Shown here: positions 13,201 to 28,200 of the stretch, one piece after another
How positions within the stretch are numbered: position 1 is the stretch's first letter
Layout of the letters: each line of letters opens with the position of its first letter
Source: Guillardia theta CCMP2712
Taxonomy: Eukaryota > Protista > Cryptophyta
Direction: 5' to 3'
Assembly: GCF_000315625.1 (NCBI RefSeq)
Contig: NW_005434649.1
Coordinates: 124,001-188,000 of the forward strand
Length of the DNA stretch: 64,000 bases
Notes under the pieces: generated by a model
Database searches by the model: none
The model's input: only the letters and a program-made list of their open reading frames with translations
What the model was told of the DNA's origin: nothing
Program-made: the position numbers and the translations under genes

Positions 13201-16200
13201 AACATGTCCACAAGTACCCCAGACTTGTGCTCCATCGACTACCAGCCATTCGTGTTTCACTTCAGGAGGAGCATTGCTGCGTTTTCTCCTCTTAGCGTCG
13301 CTGCCACTGGAGCCTCACTCATGACATTCCACGGCGAAGGTTTCTTGGCTTGTCAAACAGAGATGTTCTGTGTTTTTGAGGGACTGGGCACAACGCACGT
13401 CAAACTTAGGCAGCCTTCTCAATCTTTCAACGACACCTGGTTGACATGTCTGAGCCCCTTCTGGCCGTACGACATGAACACTGCCAACGTGTCGCTGGAG
13501 TGCGGGTCAAACGTTGAGTTCACGATCCTCCCTGACGCATCGTCGGTCAACTTCATCACGTTTCTGCCTTGCACCCTGACCTCGCTGTCTCCGACCAAGG
13601 ACTTGGCGACTACGGGAGGTGCTGTCGTTGATATCACAGGGTCCAACTTCGGGGTCAACGCTTCCAACTTCGAGTCGGACGTGTCAAAACGTTTTGTGAT
13701 CGGCAAGACTTCTTGCTCGAGGCTGGAGTGGATCGCAGATTCGTCTATACGTTGCGTGACCTCCCCCGGTCAGAGCATGATGGGCCCGCTCAGTGTCGAG
13801 CTCAATCTAGCAAACCGGACATGTTTGAACGAGGAGATCAGTCTTCTGTACAGTCTTCCTCACATCGACTCTCTCAACCTAACGAAAGTTTACGAGTTGT
13901 CGAGTCCTTCGGAGAGCTCAACAAAGATGCTGCAGGTGTTCGGACATGGCTTCGGTCCCAGCCTGGACTATCCTAGTGCGATCGTCACCGGAAACGAGAG
14001 CTGCATTCCTTCCTACTACTTTAGCGACTCGCACATCATGTGCAACATAACAGGAAGGTTGTTCTGTGACCTGGTGACCTCCGACGCATCGTTCAACTTT
14101 CATCTCACTCTGGGAAACATCAGCCTTGACTTCGCCCAAAGATTTGAGGCCATGAACATGGAAAGCGTCATACCTCAAACGGTGTCGACCTCAGGTCAAC
14201 AAGTAACAGTCAATGGAAATTTCTTCATAGACGGGCAGTACGAGTTGAAGATAGGGTCCTCCTCGTGTGCCTCCGTAAATTGGCAGAGTGACTCCTCCGT
14301 CAGTTGCGTTGCTCCTCCTGGGACGGGATCAGTTGCCCTGTCCGTCAAGCTTACAGACTGCGATCTGACACTCAACAGTCTTGACTTTGCCTACCTGAAC
14401 GCAGGTGTTACTTCCATCACTCCTGCTGTGCTGGCTCTGCGAACAACCTCAGTCACACTCTATGGGCAAAACTTTGGCGTGTCCAACACATTGCATGCTG
14501 TCTCTATCTCAGGGCAGGAGTGTCAGAATGTTTCTTGGATATCGGATACAAGCATTTCTTGCATTATCTCTTTATCAAGCCTCTCAGGTGAGGGCATAAA
14601 GGTCGACAACATCACAATGCCAAACGTTCCGTTCCGGGTTCTTGACAACCCAGTCGTGACTGATATTGTTCCAAGCACGATCAAGACTTTCAATGGTAGC
14701 GCACAGATCAACTTCGCTGTTATCGATGGCTATCTCAGAAATCATTCCTTCTCCATCAGGATGGGTCAGACCACAAGTGAATACACGGAGTGGTCGAGTG
14801 ATATGTCATTGAAGGTTCTTGTTCCTCCTGGAACAGGAGCAGAGTTGCAAGATGTGAGTTTGACGTTGAACAACATCTCCTACACTTTCTCCTCTCTCTG
14901 GAGGTATGCTTCTCCAGCAGTCACTGCCGTCGAGGTCAACCGCACTCTCAATGTCATCGAAGTTCAGGGAGAAAACTTCGGAGCGTACGAAACCTCTTCG
15001 TTGGCCTTTGTCGGAGTTACCGCATGCTCCTCCACTGTTTGGACCTCAGACTCGATCCTCCACTGCTCAGTCGCGTCAGGAGCAGGTCGAAATCTCCCAG
15101 TGTCGGTCATCGACTCTGGAGCAAGCGGGAGTAAGGAGGACGCCTATGACTACCCCACCCCCGTCATACAGGAGGTCTCCACAGCGCGAGGGACGTCGAC
15201 TGAGGGCTTCGCTTACCTCCCGTCAGGTGGTCGAGCTCTGGTGTCGATCGTCGGAGCGCAGTTTCCTCAAGCTTATGAGAACTTGAAGGTCAAGATCGGA
15301 GGGCAGGAATGTCAACAGGTCGACCGAGTATCTGAAAGTGTTGTCATCGGCGACTGCTTCATCGACCGGTTTGACGTCTCTTACCTCAACCTCTCAGTCA
15401 CTTCGAGCTCCGGTGTCCATCTCCAGGAGAGCAACCCCATCACTCTTGGCGTGTCTTCTCCTACCTGTGAGTCCATCAAGACTGACATGCAGAGCGCCGG
15501 GCTCATTGCTGCCCCTGGCAAGTATCTCCTCGACCCCAACTTCGGCTCCAGCAGCGATGCCGTGGCTTCCTATTGCTCCATGGGCTTCGGCCCAGCATCA
15601 TCCCAGCAGGAGATGAAACCTCCGAACCTGCTGGGAATCTCCGGGTCGCCATGGCTCTGGTTGGACCCGAACTTGGATGACTCAATGGAGCTTGTCTGCT
15701 CTCCAGACTTCAGCTCGGCATGGAACACGTCTACCTTCTTCGTCTCTCATGCTGCATGCTCGACCGTCACCAAGTTCGCGTCTCGCAGCCTCGATGCCTC
15801 GCAGGATCTCACAGTCACGTTCACCAACGAGGGAAACTCGTCCTCAGTGCCTGACCGCCGGTTTCTGCGCAACGGAACAGTTCGCAGCTACATCTCCTTC
15901 AATGGCGCGTCCTACTTGAGTACTGACTCCATCATCCAAGATCCCCCGACCGTCACCATCTTCTTGACTGCTAGGATCGGGACGCTGCAAGCAGGATGGT
16001 TGATCAGCAACAACGATCTCTACGCGTCAATTCCTCGCGGCCTTGGGATCAAGTTCAACGAGGCAGGAAACGTCATGGTTGAGATTGGTTACAAGACCAT
16101 GTGCGTGTCGACAGCAAGTCTGACGGTGAATGTCTTCCACGTCTTCACCCTGCATTCCAACGGCACTGACTTCATTCTCCGTCTTGACGATCAGAACCAG

Positions 16201-19200
16201 TGCAGCTTCGCTCTCACTGCTCAGATCCGCAGCTTGCTGGTGGCAGATGCTCGGTTGGTCATCGGCAAGAGAGCAACGTTGCCCGATCAGGAGCCTTACC
16301 TGGAGGGGGACGTTGGTGATGTGATTATCGTCAACGACATCACAACGAATGAGATGTTGTCAGTTGAGAGGTACTTGTGTCTCAAATGGTCCGGGAACTG
16401 CGACAACAGCGGGAGCTGGGGCGAGGTCAATACCAGCGACCCAGTCTTGCGGGATGAGAACGTGGTCTTTCAGGTTGAAAGGACGATCTCATCTGATGGA
16501 TACTTGAAGGCTGACCTTGTATGCTCTATCACTGCCGGAGACACTTTGGATCCTTGTTATCGAACAACCTTGGTACCGGAACTCAGAGGAAGCGATGTCT
16601 GGAAGCACGGCGAAACCAGCTCGAAGAACATTACCCTGAATTACGGAGGAAAGATTTACGGGAGTTACAACATGCTGCTCGCCTGCTGTATGAACTTATC
16701 CAGCAACTTTTATCAGATTCCTGCCAGGTGTTGGAACACCTCTTTTCAAGGTAGAAATGATGCGACCGGACTGCCCCGATGGTTTTCTCTCTACCCAAAG
16801 ACAGCTTTTACTCGAGGAGGGGGCAACATCACCATCGTGGGTCAGAACTTTCATCAGTCTGCCCTCTATGAATGCACTTGGACTTTGACGAATTTCCTGG
16901 ATGTTCTCTCTCTCGAAACTTCTATCACTGTCGCCGCGACTTTTCATTCAAGCTCTGCCCTGATCTGTGACATTCCCGAGTGGAAGTCAAACTTGCTCAC
17001 GACCAGGATCACTCTTCACGAGAACGGCATCCTGGTCCCAGGGAACGGAACGTGCAAGTTTGACTTTGTAAGGCCTTACGTGAACAATGTGGTACCGCTG
17101 ACTACGAGCGTGAGCTTGGGGGGCTCAGTCATCACAGTGTATGGAGAGGGATTCGGCTACTCGGACTCAACCCCTTGTATCTCACTTGATAACAAGCAAG
17201 CTGAATACACCATGTGGAAGTCCGACACTGTGATCGAAGCAGGGATCTCTGCTGGAGCAGGGAGGAAGCAAATCTGTATTCAGATCGGATCTGTCGTAGG
17301 TTGCGCGGTTCGATTGGAAGTTTCCTTCAGCAGTGCCTCGAACGACAATGATGTAAGGTTCAACAACCTCTTGAATCTGCTTCAGGTCTCTTCGAGTGGA
17401 GTGCTGGGGCTCACAAGCTCAAGAAGGCTTCTCAGCTCCTTTCAGACGTTCTCGGCTTTTGTCGTCGTCGGCTCGTTCCAAGAAGTGAACTCTTTTCAGG
17501 CACTAGTAAGTAACTTGTCGACTGCCAATCAGTCTCTTTTCAGCATCCAGGCGGTGAAAGTGGGATTCGCATATGCGGCCCCGGACATTCTGAACGCATC
17601 CCTTGCCGATTGTTCGCTCCTCCTCTTCGGAAAGAATTTCGGTTTCACTGACTTTTCTCCCATCATACGAGCTGGAGGACAGGAATGTACCAGTAGCACT
17701 TGGTTGTCGGACACGTCAGCAAAATGTCAGACGATACCTCTGTTCGGAGAGCAGACTGTCGAGATAGAAGTTGAATCTCAGGTCTCGAACAACTTCCACT
17801 TTCAGTTTCCCATCCCCAAAGACTTCGCCTTGCACGACGTGCACTGTCAAGTGCTCTGTGAAGACTATCTCACCATCGAAGGAGACGAATTTTCATTCTG
17901 CAACGAGACGAAACCGCAGGTTGTGATTGGGAGCACTGGATGTCAGCCAGTCCAGTGGATGTCAGACTCGTCGATTCGCTGTGGGATCCAGCATGGCGAT
18001 CAGGACAACCTGGATGTTGTCTTGGACTTCAGCCTCGGTCTCAACGAGACGTCCAAACAAACCATCGCGGCCAAGTTCTCGTACGACCTTCCTGTTGTGT
18101 CAGGTGTGAATCCTTCGTCCGGTTCCCCCAACTCTGACACCAACGTGACAATCTTGGGGAAGAACTTCGGCCTAGCAGTGAATGTCAACGACAACTTTCT
18201 TTTCAAGATCGATGACTACATGTGCGAATCTCAGAAGTTTGTCTCGGACAGCAGCATGACTTGCACAATGAGACCCCAACGTTCCAACCCTCAGTACCCT
18301 TACCTCACCGTCAATGGCAGGACCGCGACATTCGAACAGAACGCAACTCTGTTCTCCTATGAGGCCCCGTCAGTTTCACCCCTCAACAAGACCATCACCA
18401 AGGGCGAGACCATCACGATCTCAGGTAGTGGCTTCGGAACCTCTCTCCCGGCAGACTTCCGCGTCTTCGTGGGCAAGACAATCTGTCAAAATAGCGACTG
18501 GGTCTCCGACACGTCAGCTCTCTGCAACGTCCCAGCAGGCGCAGGAAGCGTCAACCTTCATGTAGTTAGATGGAGTGCGGACGGTGAATCTCAGCCGGTG
18601 GAGTACTCCTCGCTCTCAGTGTCGGCCATCGTCCCCAGCGGCGGCCCAGCTGCGGGTCAGATCCCCATCACACTGCTGGGACATGGGTTCGGTCCATCAC
18701 CGGACGAGGATTCGTACTTGACCTCTAAGGACGCAAGTTGGCAGGGCAAGTGCCTGAACTGGACGTCTGACACGTCTTTAGTCTGTATTTTGCCACCTCT
18801 TACCTCTTCCCCTCAGTCCCACACCATCAAAGTAGCCGGATCGAGTGCTCCTGTTGGTGAATCGCTCTTCTCTTACGACTACCCCTTGATAGATTCAGTG
18901 GCCCCAACCATCTTGCCTCCGACTGGTTTTCCTTACTTCACAATCACAGGGAAGAACTTTGGAATTTATCGTTCCCTGTCAAGGTTCTCTAACATCGGCG
19001 GAACGGCTTGCCTGGTGCCAGGGCTGACCATCCCGGGCCTTGGATACGTCTCTGACACCATGCTTATATGTGGCGTGCAGCCAGGGACAGGAGGAAACAC
19101 ACCGCTGGAGGTGAAGATCGAAGGAAGGTCTTCTTTCTACCCTAATGCTTTCATCCTTGCGCCCGAGCCAAAAGTGAGAGGTTCGTACCAGAATGATATA

Positions 19201-22200
19201 TACCCGCAGCAGATTGGTGGCGACCTTACCGTCTATGGGAACTTCACCGTGTTGGACGTCAGCAGCGGTCAGTTCTACAAGCCTCCCATCTCGATCTACG
19301 TGGGCAAGTCAGTATGTGTCGACACCTTCTGGTTGAACGATTGGTCACTACGATGTCGAGTGGTTCCGGGGGTGGGGCGAGGGCTTGACATCTCAGTGCG
19401 GATCTATCAAGCGTTTGACACGTTGAGAGAAGCGTTCAGTTACCTCTCACCTCCAACCATCTCCGACGTAGAGCCCAGCACGACGGTGGTATCGGGGGGT
19501 GACCTGCTCACGGTGTTCGGAGTTGACTTCCAGGTGAAAGACTTCAGTCCGACAGCATATGTGGGTGAAACCAAGTGCGCCTTCTCCATGTGGGTCTCTG
19601 ACAGCACGGTCTACTGCTCTGCCCCCGAGGCTCAGCTTCAGGACAATGTGCCAGTGAGCATCCTAGTCAGAGGGCAGATAGGAGAATACCTGCCCGGAGT
19701 CAAGTACAGCGGCTTTGGGCTGAAGGACCATCTTGGCATTTCATATCCCATTCCCATCCTTTGGATGGACGCAAGCCTGACTTCCTTCTTTGAGGTAGAC
19801 AGCGTCTTGTCTGATATCAACTATGTGAAGACTTGGAAGCCCCGAATATCACCTCCCCAGACGTCGGGAGGAAAAGAGTTCTACTTCTCTCAGCCTGAGA
19901 GGCCGAAAAGGCCTCATCTCACCAACGGATTCGTGCGATTCGACGGAATGGATGACTCTCTCGTAGCTAGTCAAATTCTTCTACGACCGAAACCCGAGCT
20001 GACCCTGTTCCTGGTCGTCCGCCCTGTCCTCAGTTACTCAGGCGCTTACGGGAAGTGTATCGCCCGGCCGGTGATCTGGGTTTCCGACGACGGCAAGAAG
20101 TTGTACGTGCAGTCTAAGAACGACTCTGCTCTTGAATATCCATCTTCATCAAATCTCAATCCAAACTTCTACATCGAAAAACCCGATGACTTCACGATCG
20201 TGTCATCCTACGTCAAGTTGGTCTACCTTCCTCGTGACGTTGACCTTCCTGGAAGGTATGAGTTGACCGCTCCGCCGGGTGTCACCTACCCTCGTGACGC
20301 GGGCTTGTACTTTGCTGTTCCTTCCATCGGAGTTCCGAGATGTTCCCCGGGCTGGATCTTGAGTGATAACAGTCTGTCCGGAGAGGGATTGGGTGTTTAC
20401 ATAGATGAGGACAAGTACGTCCGGCCGGTCGTCGGTTTGGACGCATTTGCAAGGTCTGATAAGCCGATTGAAGGAGGGTGGAGGATTTTGACCATGACTG
20501 TAAGAAAGCACGGAGACGACAATGACCTGTACCGTTTATATGTGGACGATGATGTCAACGGTGGGTTCGAAATGAGTGCTGTCAACGGCATCCCGGATGT
20601 CTTGAGCCCAACAAGTCTGATGTCATTGGGCGCGAGGAGTTTAGGCCTTCCAACCCCGAATGACGGAAACTTTCACGGTGATATCGGAGAGATCGTCATG
20701 TTCGACGAGCTTCTTGACGAGGCCACGATGACTCTTGTCTACCGTGCTCTGTGCGGGAAGTGGGACATGTCTTGTACCCCAACTATCAGAGGAGGCGCTT
20801 TCACCTTCTCGTGGAACAACTTGCCTGGTCTCAACCTCCTTCAGAGTGTGCCCGAGTTTCCAGTCGCAGAAATCTCGAGATCGAACGGCAGTGACGGTTT
20901 CGTGCGAATCAAGTACGCGGCAAGATACTACAACGGGACTGAAAACCTGACTCTCGCTGGAGCTGATGGGACTTTAGACTGGGCGCATGGTGACAACAGC
21001 TCGAGGTACATCGGGCCTTTCAAGCTGATCACAGGCAGGAACATAGTGGAGGAAGGCAAGGACATAGATCTATCGATCACCCTTGAGAAGGTCTCCTCCG
21101 ATTTCCCTGTGAGCGGCGGAGAATTTCCCTTCACCCTGATCAACGACTTTCCGACACTTCAAGAGCTCGACCCCAGCACAGGCCCAACTCATGGAGGGGC
21201 GAGACTAACCCTCATCGGATCCAAGTTTGGAAGAACAGACGCGCAAGGCTTCCTTGAGCCAGCGATCGCTCCATACCGGACTGAGGTCTTCATAGGGAAC
21301 TCGAGGTGCCCTGTGACAAGTTGGATATCAGAGTCGAGCATCGTAGTGCAGACGTCCCAAGGAGGACACGATTGGGAGTCAACACAGCTCATGATCCGAA
21401 TATCGTCTCCTTGCCCCTCGTACATGACGCAGGTCATGTGTGATAAACATTTGATTGGTCAGAAGACCTGGTACCTGTATGCTGAACCCCAAGTGACTTC
21501 AGTGAAGCCGAAAGACGATATCTCACCCTATGGCGACAGAATCCTGACGGTCTTCGGCGAGAACTTTGGATATTCTGATTCAAACGTGATCGTCTCTATC
21601 GGAGAAACAAAGTGTTCACGCAATATTTGGATATCTGACACGACTATCCAGGCTGACATCCCTAGCGGCAGTGGAGCAGGAAAGTCAGTTTCCATCGATT
21701 TCTCTGGTGACACTACGAAAGCAACACTTGACGCCGCTTTCAGTTTCAACCCTCTAGCTGAGATCGTCGATCTCAGCGTCTACAACGGTCCTAACGCTGG
21801 ATCCAACCTGCTGGTGCTGGGCAACAACATGGGAATGCATGACTTCACACCCATCGTCAGAATCGGCTACACATCTTGTCAATCTTCGCAGTGGCTGTCG
21901 CAGACGTCGGTTGCTTGTCACGTTGCACGTGGGCACGGCAGAGAGTTGTCGGTCAGCCTTTACAGCGATGTCATCGAATCTTCTACCTTGTCAAGAACTT
22001 ACTCTTATGACACGATCAAAGTCACAAACCTTTACCGTACAAATGGGCCCCTGGTGCAATCCTTCATCACCTTGCAATCACTTGAATTCAGTTTCCCCAT
22101 CAACGACTTCTCTCCTCCTGAGAACTCAACAAACAATCTTGTCGTGACGGAATGGATTAGTTCCACTTCCATCAAGGTCAGGCTAGAAAGCTCCTTCGCC

Positions 22201-25200
22201 TCAAACCTCGACCTTGTGGTGGAAGGTACTCAAAGAGAAGTGAGCATCCCCAAGGATATCTTTACCTTTGACAACCCCTCCATAGAGGCAATACTACCCT
22301 CCTTCGGTCCTACCAGTGGTAACTTTAATGTGACGATTCTCGGAGTGAACTTCGGTACATCTGAGCATTCGATCGCAACAATCACTATCGGGCAAACGCA
22401 CTGCATTGATTCTTCTTGGATCAGCGACACTACTCTCATCGGCGTTGTTCCTCCAGGAAGTGGAGTGGGCAGGAAAGCATACATCACGCGATCCGGCTCA
22501 CAATCAGTGGAAACGATCGAGTTCACATACCTCGCACCTTCTCTGACGAATCTTGTTCCATCGAACGCCCCTCCAAGCGCTTCGAACCAGTTCCTTTCCA
22601 TCTTTGGTGCGAATCTTGGAACCTTAGCTTCCCCGAGGCAGATTGTTGTCGGCGACTCTTCTTGTGCTTCGATAACTTTCAAGTCCGAGTCAAGCTTGAG
22701 TTGCAGACTTGCCCCGGGTACGGGCGCAATGAAGTATGTGGCAGTCTCTGTAGATGATCAGAACGCAAGCTCCCTCTTCCTGTCTTACGATGCTCCTCAC
22801 TTGACCTCGTTGAGCCATGGCAAGGGGCCGGACACAGGAGACTTCTCTTTCTCCGTGTACGGGTCAAATTTCGGCACAGAGGGTCAGGTGCCTCGTCAAG
22901 TCACGATAGGGCCGAGTCAATGTCAATCGATCTCATGGTTCTCTGACTCCTCCATCAGATGCAGAGCTCAGCGAGGAGACGTAGCGGTGTGGTCGGTCAA
23001 CGTGATGGTTGACCAACAGCAGTCGAGCGGAGCACTGAGTGTTGAGTTCTTCAAGACACCAGTGGTAACGTCATTGCAACAGGCCAGTAAGAACATCTCT
23101 GATTGCTCCGAACGATCGGTAACAATCCTCGGCCGCAACTTTGCAACTTCGGTGTCTGATTACGATGTCCGACTCGGCAAATCTTCTTGTTCTTCACTGC
23201 TCTGGCAATCAGAAAGCTCAATCACGTGCACTTCCTCAAAAGGCGTTGGGGTGAGCAACGATCTTTCTTTCAAGTACCTCAACAGCGTCTCCACTCTCTC
23301 GAACGCCTTTACCTACTGTCTGCCTGCCATCACCGACGTCGTCTTGCCTCTGGTGCCAGATGGCCAGTTCACGGTGGTTGGCAGCAACTTCAATGACAGA
23401 ACCTTTCAACTTCGTCTCGGTGACACTCAATGTCAATCGGTCGGCTGGATCTCCAACACCGCGATCACTTGCATCCCAGCGCCGATGGGCACACAGAACA
23501 TCTCGATCAGCATAGACGTTGACGGAGCTCATGTTGCCTCCTCGTTCAGTGTCTCATACCAGCTGCCCTGTATCACCGGTATCTCTCCTCAGATTCCTGT
23601 CCCCACTGCAGGAAGCAAGACATACACAATATCCGGAACTCACTTCTCCTCTAGCCAGCTCGCCAACATCGACGTGAGAGTAGGAAACAGCTTGTGCTCC
23701 TCACTCTCCTTCATATCGCAAACTTCAATCCGCTGCAGGGCGCCAGCAGGGACTGGAATCGACCAGGTTGTGTCTGTCTATGTCGATGGCGACTCTCCTC
23801 CCACTCCCGAGTCTTGCACGCACGTGTCGCTTACCTATGCTTCACCAGTGATAACTACCGCCTACCCGCCTGTGGGATACAGCGATGGGAGTTCGCTAGT
23901 CACTGCTTACGGGAGAAACTTTGGTGTCGGACAGGCTGCAACAGACACGGTACAAATGAAAGTAGGAGACACGCCTTGCTCAACAACGGAGTGGATTTCT
24001 GACAGCGTGATTGTCTGCCAAACACCTCCTGGCGTGCTGTCAGGACTGCCGGTGAAGGTGGAGGTATCTGGACAGCACAACTCCCTCACCACTTCATTCA
24101 CGTATTCGTCACCTTCTTGCAAATGGATCTTCGACTTTGAGCAGACTCAGATGTCCAACTACTACTTCGTCTACTCGAAGGGCAACCTTGGCAGAAGCAA
24201 ATCCATTTGGTGTGACACTTATCAATTTTCCAATGTCTCTCAACATCGACTGGGCCTATACAGTGCTGGGTTGTTGTTCTGGCTCGATGCGAGCAATGTG
24301 TACTTCTTTGAGTTCATGAACGCAGCCATGGAGTCGGTGAAACAGGTTGACTCGTGGAACTCTGCTGTCAACCAAATCAAGTTCCGAGCGGACCAACATG
24401 AGCAGAGCTCTCCCCTCTACGACAAGAGCTCGGGCATGGTTCTCTTCGACGGAATCGACAACGCGCTAGTCTCCAGCGTCACTCGCACAGCTACAGAGTT
24501 TGTCCTCATCGTTGCCTTCATGCCTGACTGGCGCACTCTGTCCACTGGCCTCTGCCCTTCGGGCTCTAGAGGGCGGGGGGACACCAGCATGCCTTGTTCA
24601 GCTGGCTGGGTCTTGAGCGATACCGACCTCAAGGAGCCGACCCGCCCCCGCGGCGTTGGACTATACGTGGATGCAGATAGATACCTGCAGGTGACCATAG
24701 GCAACATCACCGGGTTGTACCTCAAAGAGCCTCTGCTGAGCCATGACGTGAGCGTGCTGACGTTAGAGGTGAGGGGATCGAGCATTCGAGCCTGGCTGAA
24801 CGGAAACCCTGAACCTTCTCTCGACTATGTCAGAGTACCAGGAGACGCTACTGCCCTGGCCGGACAAATCAACCTGACGCTGGGGGCACGGGGAACGCAT
24901 TATGCGTCAGCAGGGGTTGGTGGGCTGTTGGATCAAGACCACTATAGGGGATACATCAGTGAAGTTCTCCTCGTCGAGAGCTTCGTGTCTCAAGAGGAGC
25001 GAAGGCGAGTAGAAAGGTCGGTCATCGCTAGGTGGCAGCCAGCTAGCAACAGCTTCGGCGGCATCATCCAAGTGACTTGCGCGCAAGAGGTGCGGGAGGG
25101 CTCCAACGTCGTCATCACTTTTGCCAGGCTGGTGGGATCCGACGGGCCCGTGCGAGTTGGTTTTGAGATTTCAACCCCAGGGTACACGAACCAGTTTGAA

Positions 25201-28200
25201 GTCTTGAATGTGACAGACGGGTTTGTTGCTTGGGATCATGGAGACAGCAAGGAGAAAACTATAGTGATTCAGACTCTATTCGACCACCTGAAAGATCCAG
25301 TCACCATACACGTCAGCGTCTCGTTGCTGTTCTCCGAGCATCATGCGGACGTCAGTCAGACTTGCGAGAACATCTCGAAGCACAACGACGAGCCGTACAT
25401 CACGAGCATCACTCCAACTCGGGGCCCTGCAAACGGGGGGACTCTCCTCTCCGTCTATGGGAACTTCGATCCGGGGAGTTACCTCAGCGCCTTGAATGCC
25501 TTCGACTTCTCAGTCTCCATTGGATCAGGTCAGTGCGACATTGTTCACTTCTCATCGGACAAGAGCCACCTGGTCTGCCAGCTGCCTGCGGGCTGTGGCT
25601 GGAAGGATGTACAACTTCGGAGGGGCGTTAGGTGGACGTTTGCACTGAACGCGTTCAAGTATGACTTTCCGACCTTGACCTCGTACCCCTCCAACCTCCC
25701 AACCTTGGGAGGGAAGTCGATCACGGTCAGCGGAGAGGGCCTCGGAATTCCAGGAGTGTTGAAGTATGTTTCCATGGCAAACGATCTCGTATCCGACAAC
25801 AACCTCACGGTCACTTTCATTTCTACCTCGAGCGTTTCAATACGGTCCATACCTGGGGTCGGTCAGACAGTTCTGATAGAATTTTATTCATGTCTTGGAG
25901 ATGCATTCCCTTTGCCCCTGTTCTCATACGACAAACCTCAGGTTGTCGACTTGTTGCCTCAGCGCAACAACTTGTATTGGCCATTCTTAACGACAGTGGT
26001 CGGGAAAGGTTTCGGCAATGCCGATTTCTCACCCAGTGTTGTGATTGGAGGTACCAAGTGTCAACCTTCAAGGTGGATTTCAGACAGCTCGATGTCCTGC
26101 TTTGCAAGTTGCACTCAACGTTTGACGTCGGCACAGGTCATCGTCGATGGTCAAACTAGTCTGCCTTCGTTGAAACAGTTTGACTTCAACTCAAAAGTCA
26201 TTGACTTCTCTGTCACTTGGTGCGATGCTAGTTCTTCGGGCCCGTTGCAGGCCGTCTGTTCTGGCGGTTACTCTGTGGCTGGAACTTCTCTCATCCGTGC
26301 TCAACGAAGCTCGTCAACCAACAACGTCAGCGTGTGGTTCGGAGATACTCTATCACCATCAACGACGTGGCTCTCAGATATTTTGTTGCAGGCCCACGTG
26401 CCGAATGGAGTTGGAAGGAACTTGGACGTTCGCGTGTCCAGCTCATCCACCGTATGCACTTCGGTAGGATATTTCTCGTACAAGAGGCCACAGATATTGG
26501 AGCTCCAACAGCAGCCTGGGGATCCGTCACATGACTTCTACATCCTCGGAGAGAACTTCGGGCGGTACGACAGCAATCCAAAGGTGTCAGTAGAGGGAGT
26601 TACTCTCACCAGCCAGTGGGTCTCGGAGACTTCGATCTTGGCTCAATTGATCACGTTCTTTGGGTCTGGAACAGTCACTGTGCAAGTTGGAAACATGTAC
26701 GCCAGCTCACCCTTCAGCTTCTCCAACAAGTTTCCTTATGCTACTGCTATCTGTCCTTACAACGGTTGCGCCTGTAACGGATCGAAGTCGCTGCTTGGTG
26801 GAGACGCGTTTCTGATATGTGGGAACAACTTCGGGTTGAACAACACGAGAATCACTGGTGACATACGAGCCTTCATAGGTAGCAGCGAATGCTGGAAGAC
26901 CGCATGGGTATCCTCTACTTCAGTGGAATGCATCCTTCCGCGCGGGTTTGGCGGATTTCACGATGTGACGGTCAAGTTTGGAAACATAACGACCAGCCTT
27001 CCATCCATCTTCACATATGACGGGCCATCTATCACTCAGGTTCAACCAGCCCATGGACCGACTGTCGGCGATACAATCGTAGAGCTGCTCGGTAGAAACT
27101 TCGGTTACCTGCCATTGGCGGAGATGAATCATAGTCTGAAAGCGGTCATTGGTGAAACCCAAGTAGCTTCACTGCAATGGCTCTCAGACTCATCCCTATC
27201 GGTCAAGCTCTCGCCTGGAGTCGGACGTGGTCACTACGTCACCCTGGACGACGTGCAACAGGTAGGCCTGCAAACAACGACCAGCGCGGTAGAGCTCTTC
27301 TCCTATGACCTCCCGAACGTGTCAGACATCATGTCTTCGAGTGTGCCGACGTATGGAGGATGGAATGTCACCTTGTACGGGCAGAACTTCGGATCATCCT
27401 ACGAGAACTCTCAGTATGCCAGTGTTACACTGGGGGCGTCAAAATGCTCCCCGCTCTTCTGGACTGCTGATACCCACATCGAGTGCACGACTAGCGCGGG
27501 AACCGGCACAGACTTGAACATGACAGTGGTTGTCAACAACAGCGATAACACGTTCGTGGGTGTCTTCTCATACTTCAGCCCTCCTGTCATCCAGGCCTAC
27601 GAGCCTCCTAGAGTCAACCTGGACGGTGAGATCTTGACAGTGATCGGGAAGAACTTCGGATCTGCTGAAAACCCAGTCGAACTTCGGGTTGGTGAACAGA
27701 ATTGCGAGATCCTCTCGAGGACTCCTCGCGAGCTTGTTTGTCGCATCCCCAGCAACGTCAATGGGCCCTGGCAGGTTGAACTGAATGTGCGAGGAGCAAT
27801 CTTCTTGGGTATGCTGGAATCAGCTCAGCCGGTGGTGACTAACGTCATGGCTGAATACCAAGCGGGAGGTAAATTTGTCCATCTCTCTATCTACGGTTAC
27901 AACTTTGGGAATTCAACCTCTTTGATACAAGAAGTCAAAGTCAACTCCAGTCGATGCACGAACCTCGTTTACTTCTCTAACAACGAGATCTCATGCATTC
28001 TCAGTCTGAACAAGCCGATGGCGGACGCAGTCTATGCGGTAGCCTTGAGATCGCCGTACGGCTTCAATGACCCGTATCTATTCCGCATCGGGCAAAGAGT
28101 CTTGTTGTTCACCAGCAAAGACTCCTCGTCTGAGATCTGGATGTTCAACCCAGCGAATGACAGGCTGAGCCTTCTCAAGGCAAACCTCACTGATTCCTTT

